Shown here piece by piece: positions 56,436 through 64,000 of a stretch of DNA of 64,000 nt; position 1 is the stretch's first letter, and the number at the start of each line of letters is the position of its first letter. The notes under the pieces were generated by a model, which was not told where the DNA came from, searched no databases, and worked only from the letters and a program-made list of their open reading frames with translations. Made by a program: the position numbers and the translations under genes. This DNA is from Candidatus Aldehydirespiratoraceae bacterium (GTDB lineage Bacteria > Actinomycetota > Acidimicrobiia > Acidimicrobiales > Aldehydirespiratoraceae), in assembly GCA_965261185.1 (NCBI GenBank), contig CBDHCN010000002.1:2272813-2336812 (forward strand). The letters are read 5' to 3'.

Positions 56436-57023
56436 GTGAAGGAAGACGTACTTGAGCAGATCGTTGATGACTATCTGCAGCACCTTGGTTACTTCACACA
56501 GCACAACATCAGGTTCCGCCCCCGACATGATCACCCGGACTACGACTCGCAGCAGGACTCAGTCCGCTCCGATGTGGATGTCGTCGGGATCAATCCACAG
56601 AAGCGGGGGTTGGATCGCGTGATGGTGGTGAGTTGTAAGTCTTGGCAGTCAAGGTTCGACGCGACCAGTCGACTCGCGCAGATGAAGGGCGAGAAGAAGA
56701 ACCCGAAACGGGAGACTTGGCGTCATCACCGTGAGTTGTGGGTCCCGAAATGGAGCGAGGCTTTCAGAGCCGCGATCAAGGACTGCACCGGTAGGGGAGC
56801 GTTCAGTTACCGCATTGCCGTGACTCGACTCAGAGGCGACACCGCAGATTGGGGTCGCGATCCGACCATCGCGGAGAACTTGCCGGGTTGTTCAATCGGA
56901 TTTCTCACGCTCGAAGAGATGTGGCGCGATTTGGTCGCTGGTCTTGGCACTGCACCCGCTAGTAGCGAGATCGGTCGTTTGGCGCAACTCTTGAAAGCCG
57001 CTGGTCTGGCGGGAAATGAGTAG
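56436..57023 (+). CDS. hypothetical protein, possibly restriction-endonuclease-like fold
   Basis: 195 aa. The N-terminal E..IVDDYL...GYF...SDVDVVGI...VMVVSCKSW pattern is reminiscent of PD-(D/E)xK cores but is not canonical. Confidence 0.45.
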   Translation: MKEDVLEQIVDDYLQHLGYFTQHNIRFRPRHDHPDYDSQQDSVRSDVDVVGINPQKRGLDRVMVVSCKSWQSRFDATSRLAQMKGEKKNPKRETWRHHRELWVPKWSEAFRAAIKDCTGRGAFSYRIAVTRLRGDTADWGRDPTIAENLPGCSIGFLTLEEMWRDLVAGLGTAPASSEIGRLAQLLKAAGLAGNE

Positions 57024-57027
57024 TGAC

Positions 57028-57642
57028 ATGCGCATTATTGTCTTTGGAGCGACCGGAAAAACTGGTATGCACACTTGGCGCAAGGTGCTGCAGCAAGGGC
57101 ATCAGGTAACAGCTTTTGGCCGTTCGGTGGACCGGCTCTCCGAAGCTGAGCCCGAATTGCACACCTTCAAGGGTGACGTCTTGGATTTGAGTGAGGTCAC
57201 TGAAGCCGTAGCTGGCCACGACGCGGTCATCGTTTGTATCGGAAGTACCAACCTGAAAGACACAACGACGCTGTCTTCAGGCACCAAGAACATCGTTGAA
57301 GCCATGCTTCAACACGAGATCGAACGCCTCGTCGTCATCTCCGCGGCTGGGGTCGGCGAGAGTTGGAAGCAGATTTCGCTGATGGCTCGCGTCCTGTTCA
57401 GAACCTTGCTCCGCAACGTCTTCGCCGACCATCAGGCGCAAGAAGCGATCGTTCGCCAGAGTGCGTTGGATTGGACCATCGTTCGCGCGGCTGTGCTCAA
57501 CGATCGTCCCGCAACCGGATACGCGGCAAGCAACAGCAGTCCAGCGAAGCGGATCAGCCGTGAGGACCTTGCAGACTTCCTTGTCGACCAAGTGAGCGAC
57601 TCCGCATACAGTCGCCAAGCGATCTCTGTGGCAAGTTCCTGA
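57028..57642 (+). CDS. NAD(P)H-binding atypical SDR (NmrA/BVR-B-like) oxidoreductase
   Basis: MRIIVFGATGKTG Rossmann motif. About 204 aa. An alternative ATG lies at 57016. Confidence 0.7.
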   Translation: MRIIVFGATGKTGMHTWRKVLQQGHQVTAFGRSVDRLSEAEPELHTFKGDVLDLSEVTEAVAGHDAVIVCIGSTNLKDTTTLSSGTKNIVEAMLQHEIERLVVISAAGVGESWKQISLMARVLFRTLLRNVFADHQAQEAIVRQSALDWTIVRAAVLNDRPATGYAASNSSPAKRISREDLADFLVDQVSDSAYSRQAISVASS

Positions 57643-57710
57643 CCTGGATCCTGCCCATACGACCAACAACGGTTTGGCGTTCGGGGTCTGTGGTGGGGCA
57701 CCATCGGGGG

Positions 57711-58814
57711 ATGGAATTTGCGATGTTTTATGAGATCCCGGTCGCTCGGCCTTGGACGCCGGGCAAGGAACATCAGGTGTACAAGGACGTAGTCGAGCAG
57801 GTGAAACTCGGGGACCGGCTTGGATTCCATTCGGTGTGGACTGTCGAACACCACTTCCTCGAAGAGTTCTCGCATTGCTCCAACCCGGAAGTGTTATACG
57901 GCCACCTGGCAGCGGTCACAAACAACATCCGACTCGGCTACGGCGTGAGACTCATGCCGCAGCCTTACAACCACCCGGTTCGCACGGCCGAATCAGTCGC
58001 AGTGCTCGACCTGCTCTCCGACGGGCGAGTGGAGTTCGGCACCGGTCGCTCGGCAACCCGCGCCGAACTCGAAGGATTTGGGATTCACCCCAATGACACC
58101 CGGTCGATGTGGCAGGAAGCTCTGACGATGACACTCGGCGCCATGACCAACGACGAGTTCAGTTTCGAAGGCAAGTACTGGCAGATGCCGATGCGACGGG
58201 TGCTTCCCAAACCGCTCCAAGACCCGCACCCGCCGGTTTGGGCGGCGACTAGTTCCGACGGCGGACATCGGCTCATTGGCGAACTCGGCCTCGGACTCCT
58301 TTCTTTCTCGGTAGGCACCCCACCTGAAGAACTCGGTCGTCGGATCGGCATCTATCGCCAAGGAATCGAGTCCTGCACCGAACCGATCGGCAAGTTCGTC
58401 AACAACCGTGCAGCGAGCTTCACAATGGTCAACGTTGCCGAGACCAACGAACAGGCGGTCGACCAAGCAGGACGCTCCTTTGAGTGGTACCCCAAACACG
58501 GTGCTCATCTGATCGGTTCGGTGGCTCAATGGCTGCGCCAAATGGAAGAGGAGCTCGGCACCTATGACTATCTCGGTCCGACCGCGGATCGTGTCGAGGA
58601 CGGCTCAGTCGGTCACCTGACCATGGACTATCTGCTCGACACCAATGCCTGTGTGTGCGGGGATCCTGATCGGGCGATTGAGATGTTCCGAGCTTATGAG
58701 GCCACCGGTTGTGACGTGGTGTTCTGCCTGTTCAACCCCTACGACGTAGCCCATGAAGATGTCATGCAGACCATCGAGTTGATGGGCGAACACGTCATCC
58801 CCGCTTTCAAGTAA
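57711..58814 (+). CDS. LLM-class (luciferase-like) flavin-dependent oxidoreductase
   Basis: MEFAMFYEIP...LGFHSVWTVEHHF...RLGYGV...VEFGTGRS is typical of the LLM family. Confidence 0.8.
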   Translation: MEFAMFYEIPVARPWTPGKEHQVYKDVVEQVKLGDRLGFHSVWTVEHHFLEEFSHCSNPEVLYGHLAAVTNNIRLGYGVRLMPQPYNHPVRTAESVAVLDLLSDGRVEFGTGRSATRAELEGFGIHPNDTRSMWQEALTMTLGAMTNDEFSFEGKYWQMPMRRVLPKPLQDPHPPVWAATSSDGGHRLIGELGLGLLSFSVGTPPEELGRRIGIYRQGIESCTEPIGKFVNNRAASFTMVNVAETNEQAVDQAGRSFEWYPKHGAHLIGSVAQWLRQMEEELGTYDYLGPTADRVEDGSVGHLTMDYLLDTNACVCGDPDRAIEMFRAYEATGCDVVFCLFNPYDVAHEDVMQTIELMGEHVIPAFK

Positions 58815-58845
58815 CCCCGGCGTTTGGCCCCCCGGGTCTTGGCGC

Positions 58846-60054
58846 TCAGAGGTCGTAGGTGCTGCGGTAATCAGCGAACCGTTCGTTGAGTGCGTCGCGA
58901 TTCAGGCCGAAGTCCTCGAACGTGTAGCTGTGTCTGCCGTGTTTGTGTTGCCGGTGCTCGTTGGCATGGGCGGCCAGCGATGTCTCCACGGCGTCGTTGA
59001 CGGGCTCGCCGAGGTCACGGTAGATGCCTCGCACTGCTGCGACCGGGTCGCTCACGAGTTGCCGGTAGTCCACATCAATGAACCGGTGATCACCCAGCGC
59101 GGCTCGGGCCGTGGTTGTGCGTTCGATCATCTCGGTCAAAAGCCGGGTCCACAGCGTCCCTTCGAAACAAGACCAGTCGGCATCGCTGAACGTGCCGCTG
59201 AGCGAGGCAGTGATACTGGCGGTTGAGGCGATGCATGTTGCGGGATCGCGGTGCGTCCAGATGAAACGGGCATCTGGGTAGATCTCGGCGATCGTTGTGA
59301 CGGCGAATGCATGATGAGGTGTCTTCAGTTGCCAACGACCCGGCACTCCCGATTGGAGTAGTTGCAGCACTCGTTGGTGATAGCGATACGTGGCGGAAGG
59401 GATTTACCCACACAACACGGTGAGCGACACGGGTTGCAGCACTCGTTGGTGATAGCGATACGTGGCGGTGTGGTATCGCGTCAAGATCCAATCGGCGTAC
59501 GACTCGATGTTGAACATGGCGTTGTACTGCAGGCTCACGAAGTCGTAGGCCATGAGGGTTACGCATTCGATCGGCATGTCAGCAGGGTCGTGGTGCATCG
59601 CCTTGCAATCAGGGTTGAGCAGGTGCAACATGTTGTCCGCGTCGGCTTCGATGGCTGCGAGCAAACGTAGGTCGTCGTTGTAGGTGGCACTTTGGGGTGG
59701 CGGAACCGGGTTGCTCGCCTCCCAGGCGAGCAGGCTGCGATTGGTTGGATCCACCGACAAGAGTTGACTCAGCGCGGTGGTTCCCGAACGAGAGACCCCG
59801 ACAATGAACAGCGGTGCAGTGATCACCTGATCGGCCAGTTCCGGGTGCTGATTCCAGTAGTCGGTGATCCTGAGCCGGTTGATCAAAGCTCCAGTCACCA
59901 GTGCCTCCGCCGCGGGTCCACCGATGGCGTTGAGTTGCGCTTCGTTGTTCAGCGCTTCGACGAGCACCTAAAGTCCGTCTCGAAATGAGGGCTTGCCAAA
60001 GTCGTCGAGGCCTGTTGTGGCCGCGGCCGTATCGAGCAGTTGTTCCGCATGCAT
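58846..60054 (-). pseudogene. sulfotransferase-family gene disrupted by an in-frame TAG and a 72-bp stop-containing insertion
   Basis: Three collinear pieces in one frame. MHAEQLLDTAAATTGLDDFGKPSFRDGL is followed by a TAG at 59968-59970. Next comes VLVEAL...FIVGVSRSGTTAL (PAPS P-loop)...YRYHQRVLQ, then the 72-bp insert with a TAA. The last piece is YRYHQRVLQLLQSGVPGRWQLKTPHH...THRDP. Confidence 0.75.
59361..59468. repeat. 36-bp perfect direct repeat (59361-59396 and 59433-59468) flanking 36 unique bp
   Basis: gttgcagcactcgttggtgatagcgatacgtggcgg is read twice, with a 72-bp period. Confidence 0.9.
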
Positions 60055-60095
60055 CGCAGCATCATGCCCGACCGTTGGATCAACTGTGGAATTGC

Positions 60096-60130
60096 TTGGT
60101 CGGGACGACTGGATTTGAACCAGCGACCCC
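60096..60130 (-). repeat. 35-bp duplicate of the tRNA-Pro 3' end (att-like direct repeat)
   Basis: ttggtcgggacgactggatttgaaccagcgacccc is identical to 62317-62351. Confidence 0.9.
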
Positions 60131-60136
60131 TGCTGC

Positions 60137-61028
60137 TCACAGGGGACGCAGGCGTGACCTGAGTGCTGCCTCAAAATGTTCTCGACTGACGATTTCGGCG
60201 GCTTGGAGACGCTTGTTGGAGTCCTCAAGCGTGAGCACTTCCCAGTGGTCACGTACCAGCCGGAGACCTTCGTGGATCGTGCGCTCTAAACGGGTGACCA
60301 GCCAGATGATGTCACCTTCGTTGACATCGTGGCTAGGTTGTGTGCTAGTGCCGCCGATGGCATTGAAGAATGGGCGGTCGACTCCCACAGCCAGCTTGGC
60401 ACCCCATCTGCGGATCGTCGGGGCCTTGGATCTCAAGTTGGGGCATCAGCCGTTTGGCACTAGATGATCGCCAGTCGGGGCGCCGAATCGCTGAAGGAAA
60501 GGGAGGGGGCTCGTTGAAGTCGTTCAGTAAGGCTTCGAACTCGCTGTTCATTCCAGTTCCAGAGAAATAGACGGCCTGGATCTCCAACCCGTGCCAACTG
60601 AGACGCTCACCCTGCACGTGGGCGACGATCATGTCAATTTTGCCCGCAGGCTTGTTTGTTTCTGTGCTCCTCATGAACGGGACTTCCCTCGCCACTTGAC
60701 TCTCGTGAACCGGAAAGCCTGAGACTTCAGCGAGCCACCGGTTCACAAGGCCCTCTTCTTCGAAACGATATGGACAAGTAATGACCGGCTCACCGACCGG
60801 ATCACCGAGGCGGTGCTTTGCGTTTTCTGCATACCGTTGGATGGAGCAGACACCTCCCTTCTTTGAGCATGGCGGCTGGTTCGCCTGGAATGGGCATTGG
60901 GGACGTCTATCGTCTGCCTCACCTAAAGCATGCTTGGCGTAGATTGTTCGTTGTGGTGCTTTCAGTGACGTGAAGGACTGCCCGTACCACTCTGCAATTC
61001 CGTAACGTGTCTTGATTTTGTCAGACAT
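60137..61028 (-). pseudogene. NotI-family type II restriction endonuclease, frameshifted
   Basis: The N-terminal GIAEWYG...CPF...CSKKGGVCS (Cys cluster), CPYRF and LEIQAVYFSGT recall the NotI family. The reading frame changes by 1 nt near 60430: ...SAKRLMPQLEI continues as SKAPTIRRWGAKLAVGVDRPFF in track ORF 60137..60436. Confidence 0.65.
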
Positions 61029-61043
61029 TTCTTTGACATAGGA

Positions 61044-61928
61044 TCAATTGAAGACATCTTGGCGTGTGATTAGGAGTTCGGAAATCCGAGCGTGGTGAGC
61101 GTTCTTCATTACAACTTCTACGGCGTGAAATCCGTATTCGGCAATCAGTTCTGCGATCTCAGAGGAACGGTCGTAGGTCATTAAGAAGTCCATCGAGGTC
61201 GCAGCCAGGATCTTGAAGAGATGACGGTGGTCGATTTGGTGGTGGGCGTAGAGGCGATTACCAGCACGCTTACCGCCAGCTGTGTATGGCGGGTCAATGA
61301 AGGCGACGGTGCCGGGGACGTCGGCAACGACCTCCAAGAGTTCCAGTCCGTCGGTTTCGCAGAAGGTGATCTGCGGCGCATGGGCTTCGATGTTCTGCAG
61401 TCGCTTGATGATGGTGTCGGGGTACCACCGAGAGGAGAGTCCCTTGTTGTTCTCTCCCGACTTTGTCAAGGCAGCTCCTGGGGCCAAGATACCGCCTCGT
61501 CGAGTGCGATTGAGCACCAGAGTTCGGAATCCGTGCTCCAGCAAGTCCCGGTTAGGTCCGTAAGCCAGGGCGGAGACAGTTTCGCGTGTGGGTTGAAACT
61601 CCGAGACGAGATGACATAAGTCGGAGTTGTGGCGCAGCGCAGCGTGCCAGAAGGCGGCCACATCGTGATCGAGTTCAGCCATGATGCTTCGTTCAACCAG
61701 GGCTTCGCAGACCGCAGTGAGAGCTACCGTCCCGCCACCACTGAAAGGCTCAATGAGAACCTTGGGCCTTGGTTGGATGGGTGCAAGCCAAGCTCGAATG
61801 TGTGGAATCAACCAAGTCTTGCCGCCTGGGTAGCGCAGCGGCGAGCGCTGAGGCACCGAAGCCACATTGGCCGCGGGGATGGGCGACACAGGAAAACCTG
61901 GGCCGCAGTCGGGCGAAAGGGATCCCAT
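61044..61928 (-). CDS. D12-class (Dam-like) N6-adenine DNA methyltransferase
   Basis: LRYPGGKTWLIPHI, EPFSGGG (SAM motif) and FIDPPY catalytic motif. I chose the ATG at 61928 (294 aa). The track ORF extends to 62273. Confidence 0.8.
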   Translation of the reverse strand: MGSLSPDCGPGFPVSPIPAANVASVPQRSPLRYPGGKTWLIPHIRAWLAPIQPRPKVLIEPFSGGGTVALTAVCEALVERSIMAELDHDVAAFWHAALRHNSDLCHLVSEFQPTRETVSALAYGPNRDLLEHGFRTLVLNRTRRGGILAPGAALTKSGENNKGLSSRWYPDTIIKRLQNIEAHAPQITFCETDGLELLEVVADVPGTVAFIDPPYTAGGKRAGNRLYAHHQIDHRHLFKILAATSMDFLMTYDRSSEIAELIAEYGFHAVEVVMKNAHHARISELLITRQDVFN

Positions 61929-62320
61929 TGTCGAAAGTCGATGGGTCACTGCGGAACCCTCAGTCTGCGAAGAGTCGTCTCTATTCCCTGTATCGCTGAC
62001 CAGCATGCCACGGTCGCGATCCCTAGCGGTGGAACCACGGTCAGGGTGGCCAGCATTTGCGTGAAGTGTTGGGGTCCACGCAGGGATCTGCATCTGTTCA
62101 ACTCTCGGTTTCTGCTGCATAATTTGAACGTATACATAGGGTGTGACAGCTCTGATGGAGTCTCCAGGCGTTACCAACTGTTGCCTCGGCAACAAAATGG
62201 GCCGCACTGCTCGACGCGGTTCCCTCACGTCAGCGACCTCAGCCGCCGATGGGCAACCACACAGACCGACCACCGGTGAACCGAGTATTCGTAAGCATGC
62301 CCTGTCGTCCAGGGGTTTGG

Positions 62321-62394
62321 TCGGGACGACTGGATTTGAACCAGCGACCCCCTGCTCCCAAAGCAGGTGCGCTACCGAGCTGCGCCACGTCCCG
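62321..62394 (-). tRNA. tRNA-Pro (anticodon TGG), with CCA encoded at 62318-62320
   Basis: Hand-folded cloverleaf. Acceptor cgggacg/cgtcccg, anticodon stem cctgc/gcagg with loop ttTGGga, T arm gctgg-ttcaaat-ccagt. Confidence 0.85.
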
Positions 62395-62438
62395 TGCTGT
62401 GCAATCTACCCCCTAGCGCCCGGCTTCGCTCCCAATTG

Positions 62439-62485
62439 AAATCTGCGCGATAAACCACACACCTTGTAGTTAAACGCGCAGATTT
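62439..62485. repeat. 47-bp palindromic element, copy 2
   Basis: aaatctgcgcgataaaccacacaccttgtagttaaacgcgcagattt. It differs from copy 3 at 2 positions. Confidence 0.9.
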
Positions 62486-62557
62486 GGAATTGATTTCGGG
62501 TTAAGACGGAGGGGGTCGGGCAAACAGACGGGCATACTTCGGCGACTTCCTCCCTGA

Positions 62558-63496
62558 TTGGCAGACCGATGGACCGGCATGCACAACGAGGAAGTAACCA
62601 AGATCATCCGGCGTCAGCACGGAGTTGTCTCGCGCAAGCAAGCCTTGCAGTCAGGACTCTCTGCCCGACAACTTGAGTATCAATGCACAACGAAGCGGTG
62701 GCTTCGTATCGGTCCGGGCGTTTACCGACATGGTGCGGTTGCGGCAACCTGGAAGAGTCAACTGCTCGCCGCCTGCCTGATTTCCAATGGCGTCGCTAGC
62801 CATCGTTCGGCCGCTGCCCTTCACGGGATCGACGGATTCCGCGAGACGGTTCGAGAGATCACGGTTCCCGAGGGACGCTGGAAACCTATCGATGCGGTGA
62901 GAGTTCACCAGACCCGGCAATGGTATGCCGCCCAGTACATCGTCCGCGATCACATCCCGTGTACCGACCTGGGTCGAACGATCATTGACGTTGCTGCGGT
63001 TGCGAACCCACGGCGAGTTCAAGAGATGGTCGACGCCGTTTTGCGCGCGAGTCGGTTCGATCTGTCAGATCTGTATGCAATCGTCGTGCGCCATGCGAGC
63101 AAGGGTCGAAACGGATGCGGTGTGCTGCGCGAGGTGCTCGACAGCAGAATGCCGGACTCGGGGGTTCCCTTGAGCAAGTGGAGTCGTCTCGTCAGCAGGC
63201 TCCTTGTAGACGCAGGCCTGCCCGAGCCGGTGTACGAGTACCGGATCTTGGATCGCTCCGGGGCACTTATTGCCCAAGTGGACCTAGCCTTTCCAGAAGC
63301 GAAGGTCGCGATTGAACTCGACAGCATCGCATGGCACTTCAACCGAGCTTCGTTTCATCACGACCGGGCGAGATGGAACGCGATCACGCGTGAGCGCTGG
63401 ACGCCTCTGGTGTTCACGTGGTCGATGTACGTAGACACACCCGAGGATCTAATCGCTGCCGTCCAGAGCCTGCTCACACCGAAATCTGCGCGATAA
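62558..63496 (+). CDS. DUF559 (Vsr-like endonuclease fold) protein with an AbiEi-like N-terminal wHTH
   Basis: N-terminal RRQHGVVSRKQALQSGLSARQLEYQCTTKRWLRIGPGVYRH and C-terminal VAIELDSIAWHF...RARWNAITRERWTPLVFTW. The last 5 codons and the stop lie inside palindrome copy 3. The start is uncertain: 62558 or the ATG at 62579. Confidence 0.75.
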   Translation: MADRWTGMHNEEVTKIIRRQHGVVSRKQALQSGLSARQLEYQCTTKRWLRIGPGVYRHGAVAATWKSQLLAACLISNGVASHRSAAALHGIDGFRETVREITVPEGRWKPIDAVRVHQTRQWYAAQYIVRDHIPCTDLGRTIIDVAAVANPRRVQEMVDAVLRASRFDLSDLYAIVVRHASKGRNGCGVLREVLDSRMPDSGVPLSKWSRLVSRLLVDAGLPEPVYEYRILDRSGALIAQVDLAFPEAKVAIELDSIAWHFNRASFHHDRARWNAITRERWTPLVFTWSMYVDTPEDLIAAVQSLLTPKSAR

Positions 63497-63528
63497 ACCA
63501 CACTCCTTGTGGTTAAACGCGCAGATTT
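63482..63528. repeat. 47-bp palindromic element, copy 3
   Basis: aaatctgcgcgataaaccacactccttgtggttaaacgcgcagattt. The arms pair over about 20 bp. Confidence 0.9.
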
Positions 63529-63581
63529 GGAAGTGAAGTTGGGTTAGGGGCGAAGGGTCTTGCGTTGTGAGTGGATGCGGG

Positions 63582-63986
63582 TTAGGTTTCGTCTCGATCA
63601 AGGCGGAGGGAGGCGGAATTCATGCAGTAGCGGTGTCCGTGCGGGCCGGGGCCGTCGCCGAAACGGTGGCCGAGGTGGGCATCACAGTTGGCACATACTG
63701 CTTCTTCGCGGACCATCCCGTGACTGGTATCAGTCTGGATTCGAACAACCTCTTGTCCGGCGGTCTCGAAGAAGGAGGGCCAACCGGTGCCCGAGTCGAA
63801 TTTGGTGTCGCTCATGAATAGGACAGCATCACAGACGATGCAGCGGTAAGTGCCGTCGTAGTGGCAATCCCAGTATTCGCCCGTAAAGGGGCGCTCGGTG
63901 CCTGCTTGTTGAGTCACCGTGTACTGCTCTGGGGTCAAGCGGCTACGGAGTTCAGCTGCGCTGTGGGTGATATCGGTCATGATCAA
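63582..63986 (-). CDS. msrB: peptide-methionine (R)-S-oxide reductase
   Basis: 134 aa with CxxC pairs (CIVC, CANC), GTGWPSF and RYCMNS (catalytic Cys). aggagg lies upstream of the ATG. Confidence 0.9.
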   Translation of the reverse strand: MIMTDITHSAAELRSRLTPEQYTVTQQAGTERPFTGEYWDCHYDGTYRCIVCDAVLFMSDTKFDSGTGWPSFFETAGQEVVRIQTDTSHGMVREEAVCANCDAHLGHRFGDGPGPHGHRYCMNSASLRLDRDET

Positions 63987-64000
63987 CGACCTCCTTGTCT

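Noticed and set aside
59361-59468. Possible CRISPR-like repeat-spacer-repeat (36-bp repeat, 36-bp spacer)
   Set aside because: There are only two repeat copies, they are embedded in-frame in a sulfotransferase coding sequence, and no cas genes are present. It is not a CRISPR array.
62143-62439. 98-aa plus-strand ORF
   Set aside because: It overlaps tRNA-Pro on the opposite strand and the methylase upstream region.

Overview
High-GC (sampled lines about 60-65% GC) actinobacterial-type chromosomal segment. I cannot place it more precisely from sequence alone. The backbone is housekeeping and metabolic. (i) 1-15 kb is a dense acyl-CoA cluster: two AMP-dependent ligases, two acyl-CoA dehydrogenases, a crotonase, a family III CoA-transferase, a carboxyltransferase, a glutamine-synthetase-like enzyme and a NicX/M29-like enzyme. 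(ii) 21-38 kb carries amino-acid biosynthesis genes (serC, an aspC-like aminotransferase, a short serA-like dehydrogenase, leuCD, leuB-ilvE-cimA) plus greA. (iii) gltX is followed by tRNA-Gln(CTG) and tRNA-Glu(CTC). (iv) 46-59 kb holds SDRs, an MFS transporter, a four-gene translationally coupled operon (fatty-acid hydroxylase, GH3, enolase-superfamily enzyme, membrane protein), an LLM oxidoreductase and msrB. Several small accessory or decayed insertions are interspersed. The first is a low-GC two-gene ATPase + PD-(D/E)xK-like module immediately downstream of serC (19.4-21.4 kb); this is my best candidate for an uncharacterised defence-type system. The others are: a methyltransferase/IS-remnant block next to a duplicated carboxyltransferase 3' fragment; a vapBC locus whose vapC is split by a DUF4143-type AAA ATPase gene; an IS481-family element nested inside a decayed IS3-family element; a sulfotransferase pseudogene with an odd 72-bp insertion; a 2.2-kb NotI-family REase (frameshifted) + D12 adenine methyltransferase islet bounded by 35-bp direct repeats of the tRNA-Pro 3' end; and a DUF559 gene bracketed by direct copies of a 47-bp palindromic element that also occurs after cimA. 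I found no rRNA and no CRISPR array. All functional calls rest on motif recognition and recalled family knowledge. No database search was run.
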